From: Planktothrix sp. GU0601_MAG3
GTDB taxonomy: Bacteria > Cyanobacteriota > Cyanobacteriia > Cyanobacteriales > Microcoleaceae
Length of the DNA: 64,000 bases
Assembly (NCBI GenBank): GCA_035193785.1
Contig: CP136572.1
Location: 2,836,578 to 2,900,577 of the forward strand
Direction of reading: 5' to 3'
The translations under genes and the position numbers were made by a program. Shown one piece after another: positions 11,604-23,259 of the stretch. The first letter of the stretch is position 1. Each line of letters starts with the position of its first letter. The notes under the pieces were generated by a model that was given only the letters and a program-made list of their open reading frames with translations, did no database searches and had not been told where the DNA came from.

Positions 11604-12938
11604 TTAAGAATCTTTGTTTCTGATATCACTGCGAATATGTAAATCCCGTTGAGGATAGGGAATTTCAATATTTTTCTCTGCAAAAACCCTCCAAATTTCA
11701 CAAGCAATTTCGCTCATAATTCGTTTCCCTCCGATGGGAGTTGCTAACCAGACTGTGATCTCAAAATCTAAACTAGATTCTCCAAAATTAATAAAACTGA
11801 CTGTAGGAGCCGGATCATTTAAAGTTTCAGGATGTTTATAGATAATTTCTAACAAAATCTCAATCATTTTTTGCGGATCACAATCATAACTCACTCCCAC
11901 AATCAAAGATTTTCTTACCCGGCGATCGCTCCCGGTCATGGTTTTAAGTTCCTGGGTAAAAAAGATTTGATTCGGAATAATTTTTTCCGAATTATCCCTC
12001 GTCACTTGTACCGTTGTGGCTCGGATACTAATTTTTTTAACTTCACTCGATTCTCCCCCAATTTCAATAATATCTCCCGGTCTTAAAGAGCCTTCAAATA
12101 ATAGAAATATCCCACTAATAAAATTACTAAAAACTTCTTTTAACCCGAAACCAATCCCAACGGATAAACCGCCCGTAATCGCCGCAAATGTTGTGGAATT
12201 AAATCCCAAATATCCCACAAACAGCACAATTCCTAAAGTAATTAAAAAATAACGAATTAAAATCAAAGAAGCTTGAATACCACCGGAATCCAGTTTCGTG
12301 CTATTAACAATAATCTGCCAGAGAATATATTCAAAAATATTAACAGCAACAATCCATAAATATAACCCCACCGTGCTGATTAAAATTGCTCCTACAGTTA
12401 ATGGACTGCCAAATAAATTAATCACCACCACTTGCAGAAGTTGATCAAGATCTACAAATAAACTTAAAATTTCTCTCAAAACATATAAAATAAATATTGG
12501 TTTAAAAAAATATAAATTACACTCTTTAACCCGATCAATCGGAATAAATAGACATAGGCAAACTACAAAAATCCGATAAAATAGATAAACCCATAAAAGA
12601 TTAATTGCGATCGCCAGAATCCCGGCAATCCATCCTTGAGAAATGAATAAATTTTGAAATAAATTTAAGAAAATCAAGCTAAATCCCCGACCCACTAAAT
12701 CAGGAATTAAGACTAATCCACACCAATAGGGAGCTAAAGTTGTTTCTTGGGCTAGATTAACTGCTAGTTGTGGGAAATTTGCTTTAATTTTTTTACCGAC
12801 CCAATAGGATAGACTATGACCGACTAAAATAGATATCAAAATCACCCCTAATTGAATTTGTACCGGAGAGCGATACAAAAAAATCAGGAGTTTAGTAATT
12901 TGATCAACAATGAATATTAAATCGAGTGAATTGGACAT
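11604..12938 (-). CDS. MscS-family mechanosensitive channel
   Basis: GGLSVGIGFGL...SNFISG...RPGD, IIPN, FGESSLDF, IEIPYPQRD. Confidence 0.9.
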   Translation of the reverse strand: MSNSLDLIFIVDQITKLLIFLYRSPVQIQLGVILISILVGHSLSYWVGKKIKANFPQLAVNLAQETTLAPYWCGLVLIPDLVGRGFSLIFLNLFQNLFISQGWIAGILAIAINLLWVYLFYRIFVVCLCLFIPIDRVKECNLYFFKPIFILYVLREILSLFVDLDQLLQVVVINLFGSPLTVGAILISTVGLYLWIVAVNIFEYILWQIIVNSTKLDSGGIQASLILIRYFLITLGIVLFVGYLGFNSTTFAAITGGLSVGIGFGLKEVFSNFISGIFLLFEGSLRPGDIIEIGGESSEVKKISIRATTVQVTRDNSEKIIPNQIFFTQELKTMTGSDRRVRKSLIVGVSYDCDPQKMIEILLEIIYKHPETLNDPAPTVSFINFGESSLDFEITVWLATPIGGKRIMSEIACEIWRVFAEKNIEIPYPQRDLHIRSDIRNKDS

Positions 12939-12950
12939 ATCGGGTTTTTT

Positions 12951-14163
12951 TTAAGGTTGACTTGATTTCTGATTCACAGTTTCCAGTAATCTGAGCAGCA
13001 GCATATTCAGGAGTGATACTTCCCGCTAATACTTGAGGATATAAACTATTGCCCGTCTTCCCCCAAAACCGCGCCAATTGAACTTGGTCTAAAGGAATCG
13101 CGATGGCGGTTTTAGATTGCTCCACTAATATTGCTTCTCGGGGAAACAAACGACTATTAACATTAACATTGTTATTAGCTGGCATAAAAGAGCCCTCTAG
13201 GAGACTTAACCGCTTACGAGTTTGTTCTGGATTTGTAAAAAACTCAGCCAATTTTAGAGCCAACTGCTGTTGTTGAGGACTTGATATTCGATTAAACAAA
13301 ATCACACGAGAATAGAGAAAAGGCCCGGCGGGGTTGTCGCCTTCCCCGGGTAATAAGGCAACACCCAAATTATCTTTTCCTAACGCTTGGCTATATTTGG
13401 GAAACTGGGAAGAATCACAAAAAACATAGGCTAATCGGTTATTAATAAACCCCTGTTCCAAGCCTTCAATACCATCACTAAAAACCATATTTGGTTCGTT
13501 TTGGGCAATTTTTAGCCACTCCATCCATTTTGCCCAACTTTTTTGATCAAAAACAAAATTACCTTGGGCATCAAAAGATTTTCCCCCAAAAACTTGCACT
13601 CCCCAAAAGGTGGCTATAAAATTAGACCATATCCCCACCGAGTAACCCTTCTTGGCTTGTTCCAATAGCTCCGTTAAAGTTTTAGGCGGTAAATCAACCT
13701 TCTTCTTGTTATAGCAAAGAGTTTGAGTCATCACCGAGGTGGGTATACCATAGATTTTTCCTTGATAGTGAACATGACTAATCGCCGTAGGAAGGTAACC
13801 CGAAAAGTCAAAGTCTTGAATCACCGGAATCAAATTATCCTGAATCAAACCCGGAATCACCCCGGAAGCAGTAAATAGAAAATCCGGCCCCAAACCCCTC
13901 TTAACTTGTGTGCGGAATTGCTGATTTAATTGATCACTGGGAATATATTCACTCACAATCCTAACATTAGGATATATTCGCATATAATCCTTAAAAGACT
14001 CTTGCATCATTTCTTGGATTTGACCGTCAAATGAATGCCAAACTAAAATCTGCCCCTGAATGGATGGCGGTTGAGACTCAGATATCTTGTCCGTACCCTT
14101 GGGACTGCAACTGGTCAAAAATATTAATACTAAGATAATTAACTGCAAAAAACGATAACGCAA
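12951..14163 (-). CDS. Extracellular solute-binding lipoprotein (sugar-ABC type); probable frameshift at 12979-12983
   Basis: Lipobox LTSC, VWHS, GPD, YGIP, YNKK; correcting GTTTC gives a stop at 12951 and removes the overlap with mscS. Confidence 0.8.
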
Positions 14164-14322
14164 TTGATTTTCCTACTCCCTAAATTAAATATTGAAACAT
14201 TCTATAGCAATCAGCAGTTTACCCTTGACAACTTCTTTGCGTCTTTGGAGTTAAATTCTGCCCAACCCTTACTATAAAATAAGCGATCGCCCTTTTCAAT
14301 AAAAGCGATCGCTTATTCTAAA

Positions 14323-14389
14323 AGAAACCCGGTTTCTTGCAGTTATCTATCTGAATTACAGCAAATTCCGCTTCATAAACCGGGTTTCT
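14323..14389. repeat. Inverted pair of AGAAACC(C/G)GGTTTCT palindromes (MITE/REP-like doublet)
   Basis: AGAAACCCGGTTTCT...TAAACCGGGTTTCT just after the ndhD stop; preceded by two HIP1 sites. Confidence 0.55.
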
Positions 14390-14391
14390 AT

Positions 14392-16082
14392 CTATTTCAA
14401 CATCCCTGAAACCGAAGCCACCTCCGGTTTAGCAATCCGAGGGGCCATAAACCCCTTCGCATACAAATCGGGATTTGCCTTAGCCACTTGAGCATAAGAA
14501 TCCCGCATCTGACTATTGAGGGCAACGGTGGTGGCATCATAAACCTTAGTTACCAGTTTAGGATATAACCCAATTCCCACAATCAGCACCAGGAAACTCG
14601 CAGCAATGAAGACCTCCCGGGGTCGAGCATCACTAAAAGTCGATTCCGAGGGGAGTACACAACTGGTTTCCAAAACAAAATGCCTCTAGGTCACCAGGAT
14701 TTTTGGCAACCGCATCACCCAACATACAAGCAGGCGCTTCACCCGTTGCATAGAATAACTGACGCAGCATTGATAGTAAATAAATCGGGGTCAGAACTAA
14801 TCCCACACCCGCCAAGGCCACCAGAACCACCCGGAAAGTCGTGCTATAAATATCGCTGGTGCTAATCCCAATAAAGATCAACACTTCACTAGCGAAACCA
14901 CTCATCCCAGGTAAGGCCATAGATGCCATCGCCCCGGCGGTAAACAGAGTGAACACCCGGGGCATCACCTTACCGATATAACCCATTTCATCCAAAGCCA
15001 GAGTATGGGTGCGGTCATAGGTAACACCCGCCAGGAAGAACAGCACCGCCGAAATTAGACCGTGGGAGATCATTTGTAGTAATGCTCCACTCACCCCAAT
15101 ATCGGTAAAGGAGGCAATTCCCAGCAACACAAACCCCATGTGAGACACAGAGGAATAGGCTAGGCGGCGTTTCATATTCGATTGGCCAAAGGAATTTAAG
15201 CCACCATACACAATATTAACCACCCCTAGAATTGCCAGAATCGGGGCAAAATAGATATGGGCATCGGGTAGCATTCCCATATTCACCCTAATCAGACCGT
15301 ATCCCCCCATCTTTAAAAGTACCCCAGCCAAAATCATCGAAACCGGGGCCGATGCCTCACCGTGGGCATCCGGTAGCCAAGTGTGTAGGGGGAAAACCGC
15401 CAGTTTCAGGCCAAAGGCGATTAATAACCCGGCATACATAAATAATTCTAGGGTGAGAGGATAATCCTTCAGACCTAGTTCCACCATATCGAAAGTTAAG
15501 GGGCCACCGCCATAAAAGGCCATTGCTAAGGCAGCCACCAGGATAAATAAGGAGGCAGCGGCCGTATATAATAAAAATTTAGTGGCGGCGTAACGGCGTT
15601 TTGGCCCGCCCCAGATGGAAATTAATAGGTACACCGGAATTAATTCCAGTTTCCCAGACAATAAATAACAGCAGTAAGTCTTGGGCCACAAATACCCCGA
15701 TTTGGGCCGAATACAGCACCAACATCAGGAAGTAGAACAGACGGGGTTTTTGGTCTACCTGCCAAGCTGCAAAAATAGACAGAGTTGTGACAAGTCCAGC
15801 CAGAAGTACCAGGGGAAGGGAAATCCCGTCTATAGAAACGGCCCAGTTCAAACCCAATTGAGGCGCCCAGGGAAACTTTTCCACGAGTTGGAAATTTGCA
15901 CTGCTCGCATCGTAATACTTCAAGAAGACATAGCACATTAACAATAAGTCCGCGATGCCTACACCAAGGGCATACCAGCGCAACTGTTTGCCATTTTTAT
16001 CCGGCAGCACAGGAATCAGCGCCGAAGCCACAAGTGGGAGCAGGACTATCGTGGTCAGCCAGGGAAATTGATCCGCCATCAT
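14392..16082 (-). CDS. ndhD: NDH-1 subunit 4 (NdhD2-like); frameshifts at 15649-15653 and 14666-14670
   Basis: FPWLT, WELEL(corrected)[32 protein letters not shown]; two single-base corrections give ~562 aa. Confidence 0.92.
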
Positions 16083-16335
16083 GACAGTAAGAACAAATAC
16101 TTATCCGTGAATTATTTTATTGTACTCAACCCTGTAACGATTTGTATATAAATTTTTTTATCGGAGGTAATTATTGATTAAGGTATATAGCTTTGGTTTA
16201 TATATGTACATATAGAGTTAAATCAATAGTATTAAAATATTTACCCCTATCACAATAGGTAATGGGGAATTCGGTAAATCTTTGACTTTACAGTCTTATT
16301 TTCGACAAGGATTTCATATAATTAATCCCTAATCC

Positions 16336-17169
16336 TTAGTTGGGCGGTAATTCTAAGGCAATATTTCCCAATAAACCCTTACGAAAATCATTTAACATTT
16401 GACGGGCAGTTCTTTCGATATCCCCTTTATGTTTATATTCTGCCAACTCCTGTAAATAAATATCTCCACTCAAAGCCGTAAACTCTAATTTATATCGGGA
16501 AACTAACAAATGTTGTAAATTAAAATCCTGTAACAACTCGATTAATACCGTAGCAACTTGTCGATTTTCATAGGACGCCTCCCCAATATCTTCACAAATT
16601 GCCAACTTTAAGGCATCTTCCTCCTTTCTGATTTTAGTTGGAATTACCCCAGGAGCATCTAATAATTCCAGACTCTCGGAAATTCTCACCCATTTCAAAT
16701 GACGAGTCACCCCCGCCCGTCTAGCACTATCCACAATTCGTCTATTCAATAACCGATTAATTAACGCCGATTTTCCCACGTTCGGAAAACCAATCACCGC
16801 CGCCCGCACTGGACGCGGTAACATCCCCCGTCCAGCCCGTTTTTCATTGATTTGTGACCCAGCAGCTTGGGCAGCCTTCGCCACCGCATCCACCCCATTT
16901 CCCAACCTAGAATTCGTAAAATAGGCCGTTTCCCCCTGTTCCTCAAACCATTCCTCCCACTGTCTCTGAATATGGGAGGGAATCATATCCATGCGGTTAA
17001 TCACCAGCACCTTCATTTTACTTCCCACCCACTGCGGAACATTAGGATGATGGGTCGTCAGAGGAATACGAGCATCTCGCACCTCCAAAATCACATCCAC
17101 CCGTTTCAGTTGTTCCTGAAGGGTGCGTTCCGCTTTAGCAATATGACCGGGATACCATTGGATAGACAT
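16336..17169 (-). CDS. rbgA: Ribosome biogenesis GTPase RbgA/YlqF
   Basis: IQWYPGHIAKA, EVRDARIP, GFPNVGKS, LLDAPG. Confidence 0.95.
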   Translation of the reverse strand: MSIQWYPGHIAKAERTLQEQLKRVDVILEVRDARIPLTTHHPNVPQWVGSKMKVLVINRMDMIPSHIQRQWEEWFEEQGETAYFTNSRLGNGVDAVAKAAQAAGSQINEKRAGRGMLPRPVRAAVIGFPNVGKSALINRLLNRRIVDSARRAGVTRHLKWVRISESLELLDAPGVIPTKIRKEEDALKLAICEDIGEASYENRQVATVLIELLQDFNLQHLLVSRYKLEFTALSGDIYLQELAEYKHKGDIERTARQMLNDFRKGLLGNIALELPPN

Positions 17170-17174
17170 AGGTT

Positions 17175-17255
17175 AGGGGGCAGGGGGAGTAGGAGCAGGG
17201 GGGCAGGGGGAGCGGGGGGAGCGGGGGGAGCGGGGGGAGCAGGGGGAGCAGGGGG
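17175..17255 (+). repeat. G-rich 9-mer tandem repeat (GGGGGAGC[A/G])n
   Basis: Visible directly; reverse-complement tracts at 24197-24264 and 33735-33820. Confidence 0.8.
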
Positions 17256-17305
17256 CATCCTCGTTTGCTAACCAATGGCTACTAACCGCTAACACCAATA
17301 CCCGG

Positions 17306-17723
17306 TTAAGGAACAATTAGGACGGGACAGGGAGACAAATTAATCACACGGTTAGTAACGCTATCGGCGGCATGATCTTCGGTCAGACCAATGCCCCGAC
17401 TACCCATGACAATTAAATCCGCATTAATTTCATCGGCAACGTCACAAATCGTAAAGGCGGGTTTTCCCTCTTTTTCTAGGATTTGGGCCTGAATACCATC
17501 CTTAGAAAACAGGAGTTTAACCTCTCCCAGTAAAGCCGCCACCGCTTCTGGAGACGTCATTTGTTCAGGATGGGGTTTAGGCTCGCTCACCTCGACAGTT
17601 GGTTCCACAACCGCCAGAAACATAGAGACTACACCCAAAGGTTTTGACTAGGTTTGTCACAATTACCGCCGCTTCGTGGGCTTCACGGCTTTGGTCAACA
17701 GCAAATAAAATGGTTTTAAACAT
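17306..17723 (-). CDS. Universal stress protein (UspA family); frameshift at 17617-17621
   Basis: Corrected MFKTILFAVDQS...YVLAVVE...ADLIVMGSRG...SPCPVLIVP. Confidence 0.9.
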
Positions 17724-17916
17724 AATCGGGCATCTGATACATTTACGCTTTCTATCTTTTGCTCCGAGACGCGGACTTAGGTAGAATGTTTACGGTGAAC
17801 GATTGTGTGGTAGACCTGATTTGGTTGAAGAACAGCATTAAACTGTCCGAACCCTTACCAATACCACCTGAATTTAATCTGATTTATACAAGAAAACATC
17901 CTAGGAGGATTATCCT

Positions 17917-19113
17917 GTGTCAAAAAAAACTGTAGCAGATTTATCATCATCAGATTTATCTGGAAAACGGGTATTAGTCCGCGTTGATTTTAATGTTCCC
18001 CTGGATAACGGTTCAATTACCGATGATACACGGATTCGTGCGGCTCTGCCGACTATCCAAGATTTAACTTCCAAAGGCGCTAAAGTGATTTTAACCAGCC
18101 ACTTTGGCCGTCCCAAAGGAGTGGACGAGTCCATGCGTTTAACCCCCGTGGCAACCCGGTTATCGGAATTGTTAGGTAAACCCGTTAAGAAATGTGACGA
18201 TTGTATTGGGGATGAAGTCGCCCAAGCGGTTGCAGCCATGGAAAATGGGGATGTCACCGTATTAGAAAATGTCCGTTTCTATTCCGAAGAAGAAAAAAAC
18301 GATCCTGAATTTGCTAAACAATTAGCTTCTGTTGCAGATTTATACGTTAATGATGCTTTTGGAACCGCCCACCGAGCCCATGCTTCTACTGAAGGAGTAA
18401 CTCATTATTTGCCTTCCGTGGCGGGTTATTTAATTGAAAAAGAACTCAAGTTTTTACAAGGCGCTATTGAAGAACCCAAACGTCCTTTAGCTGCTATTGT
18501 CGGCGGTTCTAAAGTGTCTTCTAAAATTGGTGTAATTGAAGCTCTTTTAGATAAATGCGATAAATTGCTGTTGGGCGGTGGGATGATTTTCACCTTCTAT
18601 AAAGCTCGCGGTTTGAATGTCGGTAACTCTTTGGTGGAAGAAGATAAACTGGAATTAGCCCGCGCTTTGGAAGCCAAAGCTAAAGAAAAAGGCGTGGCTT
18701 TCCTGTTACCTACCGATGTGATTGTTGCGGATAAATTTGCTCCCGATGCGGAAGCAAAAACCGTTAGCATTAATGATATTCCCGATGGTTGGATGGGATT
18801 AGATATTGGCCCCGATTCAATTAAAGTTTTCCAAGAAGCTTTAGGCGACTGTAAAACGGTAATTTGGAACGGCCCCATGGGGGTTTTTGAGTTTGAGAAA
18901 TTTGCCGCCGGGACAAAAGCGATCGCTTTAACTTTAGCAGATTTGACCAAAACAGGCACGATTACCATTATCGGTGGTGGTGACTCCGTTGCCGCCGTTG
19001 AACAGTTGAATTTAGGCGAACAAATGAGCCATATTTCCACTGGAGGCGGTGCTAGTTTGGAATTGTTAGAAGGGAAAGTATTACCCGGAATTGCAGCGTT
19101 AAATGATGCGTAA
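17917..19113 (+). CDS. pgk: Phosphoglycerate kinase
   Basis: [42 protein letters not shown]. Confidence 0.98.
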   Translation: MSKKTVADLSSSDLSGKRVLVRVDFNVPLDNGSITDDTRIRAALPTIQDLTSKGAKVILTSHFGRPKGVDESMRLTPVATRLSELLGKPVKKCDDCIGDEVAQAVAAMENGDVTVLENVRFYSEEEKNDPEFAKQLASVADLYVNDAFGTAHRAHASTEGVTHYLPSVAGYLIEKELKFLQGAIEEPKRPLAAIVGGSKVSSKIGVIEALLDKCDKLLLGGGMIFTFYKARGLNVGNSLVEEDKLELARALEAKAKEKGVAFLLPTDVIVADKFAPDAEAKTVSINDIPDGWMGLDIGPDSIKVFQEALGDCKTVIWNGPMGVFEFEKFAAGTKAIALTLADLTKTGTITIIGGGDSVAAVEQLNLGEQMSHISTGGGASLELLEGKVLPGIAALNDA

Positions 19114-19141
19114 TTTCAGATTTAGTTAACATCAATTTGTG

Positions 19142-19178
19142 GGGAATATGGCAATGTCATATTCCCTATAATTTTTTA
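19142..19178 (+). terminator. Intrinsic terminator after pgk
   Basis: GGGAATATG-loop-CATATTCCC followed by a T-tract. Confidence 0.6.
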
Positions 19179-19290
19179 TTCTAATTAAAAAAATTTAAAC
19201 AATGGCATTGGACTAGATATTATAAAAATAAAATGTCATAAAAATCAGCTATAATTTAGGATAAGGTGCTGGTTAACTTACCATCCTAGG

Positions 19291-19921
19291 ATGACTATGA
19301 TTAGAGTTGCAGACAAAATTATGAAGCGGATTCGTGGCTATGGTCGCGGTCGGTGGGTTTGCACACCCAAAGACTTCCTTGACCTAGGTAGTAGAAACCG
19401 CTATAGATAAAGCACTGTCTCGTCTAGTTAAGGATGGTTCACTGCGACGTATAAGCAAAGGCTTATACGATCTTCCTCGCATGAGCAGTATATTAAAACG
19501 TCCAGCCCCACCGGATATTGATGCCGCGATCAAAGCACTAGCAAGACGAGATGACAAAAAATTTATGCCCGATGGTATCGTTGCAGCAAATAGTTTAGGC
19601 TTGACAAATGCTGTTCCTGCTAAGATGGCTTATCTTACAAATGGCACAACAAGAATCTTAAATGTGGGAGGTCGTACTGTTCAGATCAAACACGCCAGAA
19701 AGCACTTAATGTCATGGTTAAAGCGTCCAGGGTTAACAGTTGTTTTAGCCCTAGATTGGCTTGGCAAACAAGCAGTTTCTGGAACGGAAGTTGTTAATAT
19801 CTTGCGATCTCGTTTACCTGATCATGTTAAGCAAGACTTGGTAAAAGGTATCGATCTTTTGCCCTCTTGGATGGCAAAAATTGTAGATAGTATTACTCAA
19901 AGTGTAAGTGCTGCTGTGTGA
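19291..19921 (+). CDS. AbiEi/DUF6088-like type IV TA antitoxin; frameshift at 19394-19398
   Basis: Corrected: MTMIRVADKIMKRIRG..VCTPKDFLDLGSRTAIDKALSRLVKDGSLRRISKGLYD...AANSLGLTNAVPA..YLTNG. Confidence 0.8.
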
Positions 19922-19956
19922 TGAATCAGGAATTTAAACGCTTTCTTGAATTATCT
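19921..19956 (+). pseudogene. Possible N-terminal stub of an AbiEii nucleotidyltransferase toxin
   Basis: TGATG-coupled start MNQEFKRFLELS runs directly into the stop codon of a convergent gene. Confidence 0.45.
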
Positions 19957-20996
19957 ACTCGGAAGGTACTTGATTGTCTTCTTTTCCATATTTTTGGAAA
20001 CAATTATCAACAACAAATCCTCGGTCATACTTTGAAATTGTGTAACCATATACATTATTATTAGAAAAATTTTTGATAGTAGATCTCTTAGTTAAATACG
20101 TGAAAAGGCTTATGGCTGGCAACCACTCAGACTCATTAGCTTTTGAGATTTTAATTTTTTTAACTAATTTTTTCGGCTGATCTTGCGAAATATAATATAT
20201 TGATCCGATATCGGTACCAATATATTTATTAGGTTTAACTACATATTGTAATAGCTCAGAACTTTCTGGCTCAAGTTTCCATTCATAACACAAGTTATCA
20301 TTCTCAAGACCCACTTTTGCCCCGATAACTGCACTATGGAGGAATGGAGAGGATGCAAGTAGCAAAAATTCTGCTACTTCTATATAATTTTCAACTTCAT
20401 CACGATTAACTGCTATATACTTATGTTCTACATCATTTCTTTTCTTATTTAAAAGAGATATGATGTTTGTCGGGAATATTTCTAACTTTTTAATAATTTT
20501 GAGTTTGTTTGGAAAATTTGTTTCAGCTTTGGAAACATAAGCTTCATTTAACCCAAAGATTTCTAAAATTTTTTCAATTGTCAAATGAATAGCACGTTTA
20601 GCATTACCTAAAGAGTTACTTGCGCCTCTGCTATTATTTAGTTTCAAGATCTGATTTTGCAAAGTCAAGATATTCAAAAGGTTCGTGACCTTTGGGATTT
20701 AGTTTATGATAACAAAGTGTAGAAGTTGGAAGTGCATATGTTATCAATGATCTATACCCTTTTGAAAAATCAGCATCTCTATCTCGTAAAATATAGAAAT
20801 CTTGAAGTTTTTCAAGTTGAGAGTTTTGAAGATCAATAAGCAGTTGAGGTTGGCTTTTTTCCAAAGATTTATTCCCTTGAACTTGATTTTGTATATTATC
20901 AATATACTCTTGCAAATGCTCTACAATCCGATCTTGTAATTCAATGGGTAAAGACTCCATCATTTTAATAACAGTGGTAATTGCTGGTGATGACAT
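19955..20996 (-). CDS. Antitoxin-like N-terminus fused to a HEPN-like domain; frameshift at 20641-20645
   Basis: Removing one base joins ...YLDFAKSDLE-LNNSRGASNSLGNAKRAIH...; RxxxxH motif RNDVEH. Confidence 0.6.
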
Positions 20997-21091
20997 TTGG
21001 TAAACTCCTTATACAATCTTTGTCTCTGTTCGCAGGCTAACTTTAATTTTAGATGTAAAATAGTTGAATCAACCCAATTATAATAGATAAT

Positions 21092-21340
21092 ATGGAAGCA
21101 ACAGATATCAACATTCAACAAATGCCGATTCTTATAGGACAGAAAGGAGAAATTACCATTCCCCAGGTTATACAAGATTCCCTCAATATTAACGAGGGAG
21201 ATAACCTAATATTACTACAAATCGGTGATTTAATTGTACTGACTCCCCAACAACCTCAAGTTCCTCAACTGATTGATCAGATCGCAACTCTGATGGATAA
21301 TGAAAATGTCAGTTTGAATGATTTATTAGCAGGCTTGTAA
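21092..21340 (+). CDS. AbrB/MazE-like antitoxin, no partner toxin seen
   Basis: IGQKGEITIP..I...LNINEGD swapped-hairpin signature. Confidence 0.7.
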   Translation: MEATDINIQQMPILIGQKGEITIPQVIQDSLNINEGDNLILLQIGDLIVLTPQQPQVPQLIDQIATLMDNENVSLNDLLAGL

Positions 21341-21427
21341 CCAAACATTATTTAACAAAAAAAGCAAGGAAAGAAAATTGAATATTCCTAATTTTAGGAT
21401 GGTTTCAACTTACTTTCCTATACTATT

Positions 21428-21703
21428 TTATTTTAAAATAGGTTTGGTTAAATGACTACAATCAACATCATTAACAATCCTAGAATCAATCCTTGCAGGT
21501 TGAACTTCAACACCGGGAGGTAAAGGACGATTTTCGAGATGGAAAACGACTTTTTTACAGACCATTTGACTATTCCCAACTGAAGCATAATCCCAAATAT
21601 ACACTTCTGAATTGGGGGATGTGGCATTAGCGGGGGGAATCACCCAGGAACTCAGCAAAACGATTTCTAAAGCCACTAAAGCTGCAATCACAAACTTTAG
21701 CAT
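21428..21703 (-). CDS. Small secreted hypothetical protein
   Basis: Signal peptide ending PANA; two Cys residues. Confidence 0.55.
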   Translation of the reverse strand: MLKFVIAALVALEIVLLSSWVIPPANATSPNSEVYIWDYASVGNSQMVCKKVVFHLENRPLPPGVEVQPARIDSRIVNDVDCSHLTKPILK

Positions 21704-21819
21704 AACTTACCCATGGTTGATAAATTCAGGACTAATATTAGTATACCCAATATTGCCAGGTGATCGGACAATCTACACTCAGTTTGACGGAATTGGCGAT
21801 CGCTTAATTTTAAATAACA

Positions 21820-22752
21820 TTAAGAAACTGTTTTTTCTGTTTTTGGCGGTGCGATCGCTTTGCCATTTACCTCTTGTAAATAAAACCCTCCCACGGTAAT
21901 TAAAAACAGTAAATAACTCACAATTTGGACAAAATACAATTGATCTCGATAGCCAAATAAAGCTTTTAAAACAATCCCGGGAAATTGTTTGTCGGGTAAA
22001 AATCCCTGGGCATTTAAGACCAAATTTCCCAATAAACAAGACGCTGGTTGAGTCGAACAGAATCCCGCATATTCTGGATTGATTTGGGCTAATATTCCTA
22101 CTCCCGCATCCAAATGTTTGAGAACCGAAATTACCAATCCCGCTACAATTAATAATAGAAAAATCCCCATGATTTGAAAAAACAAACGAATATTAATTTT
22201 TACCCCCCACTTAAATAGTAATATTCCCAAACCCGCAGCTACCAATAAGCCTAAAACCGCCCCGATAGCGGGCATAATTCCCTGTTCAAATGTGGCTAAT
22301 ATAAACACAACGGTTTCCAGACCTTCGCGTAAAACCGCAATAAAAATTAACCCAAAAATTGCCCATCCTGCTGCTATTTTATTTTGATTAATAGCCGCTT
22401 TAACCGCCCCTTCCACTTCCGATTTTAAGGATTTAGCTTGTTGGGTCATCCAAATTAACATCCAACTTAACATGGCGATCGCAAATAACCCAATTCCCGC
22501 CTCTAAAAATTCCCCAAAAACCGGGGCGTAGGGATGTTCAGAAGTAGCAATTCCTTGAATTAGCCATCCAAATAATAGACCAAAAAATGCACTGGCAATA
22601 ATTCCCACTCCCACTCCCGAAAATACCCAGGAATTGAGATAACTTTGTTCGGCTTTTTTCAAACAAGCCAGGACAATTCCCACTACTAAAGCGGCTTCAA
22701 AACCTTCTCTTAAAGTAATAAAAAACGTAGGTAATGCTTGGGTTATACTCAT
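21820..22752 (-). CDS. FTR1/EfeU-family iron permease
   Basis: Two REGxE motifs (LREGFE, LREGLE) and multiple TM helices. Confidence 0.92.
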   Translation of the reverse strand: MSITQALPTFFITLREGFEAALVVGIVLACLKKAEQSYLNSWVFSGVGVGIIASAFFGLLFGWLIQGIATSEHPYAPVFGEFLEAGIGLFAIAMLSWMLIWMTQQAKSLKSEVEGAVKAAINQNKIAAGWAIFGLIFIAVLREGLETVVFILATFEQGIMPAIGAVLGLLVAAGLGILLFKWGVKINIRLFFQIMGIFLLLIVAGLVISVLKHLDAGVGILAQINPEYAGFCSTQPASCLLGNLVLNAQGFLPDKQFPGIVLKALFGYRDQLYFVQIVSYLLFLITVGGFYLQEVNGKAIAPPKTEKTVS

Positions 22753-22824
22753 AATAATTGTTTGAAACCAGTTGAATAAATGGCTGGATAGGCTGGAATT
22801 AACCAGCCCAAAGATTATCTCAGA

Positions 22825-23259
22825 TTAACTGAAATCCCGTAACATTTTCTTGATCTCAATATTATGTAATTCCTCCTGACCAATCATGGTACGAGCATAT
22901 TCTTCCAAATAAATACTCGCATTTTCAACAACTTCTAGCAACTCCTTATACAATTCTAAAGCCTTGCGCTCATGCGCCAAACTTTCCTGTAAAAGATCCC
23001 TGACCGAATGTTGATAACTTTCCTCAATGGGAGCAATTTTCTGACTAGGATGTCCTTCTAAACCTGTAAGAATTTCTCCAGCTTGTTGAGCATGAAGTAA
23101 AGATTCTGCGGCTTGAGCCTTGAAAAACTGTACAATGGGTAAACGATTTGGCCCAGTTACCATCAAAGAATAATGGGTATAACGCACCACTCCCGCTAAC
23201 TCGAATTCCATGATCGTGTTGAGAAGTTCAATTGCTTTTGGTAGATCGAGATCTCTCAT
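22825..23259 (-). CDS. Bacterioferritin/ferritin-like protein
   Basis: ELAGVVRY, ESLLHA, EELH diiron-type motifs. Confidence 0.85.
   Translation of the reverse strand: MRDLDLPKAIELLNTIMEFELAGVVRYTHYSLMVTGPNRLPIVQFFKAQAAESLLHAQQAGEILTGLEGHPSQKIAPIEESYQHSVRDLLQESLAHERKALELYKELLEVVENASIYLEEYARTMIGQEELHNIEIKKMLRDFS

Noticed and set aside
16867..17271. 134-aa ORF ending in GAGGAG repeats (and similar ORF 24194-24478)
   Set aside because: Antisense or alternative-frame overlap with rbgA/rpaA running into the 9-mer repeat
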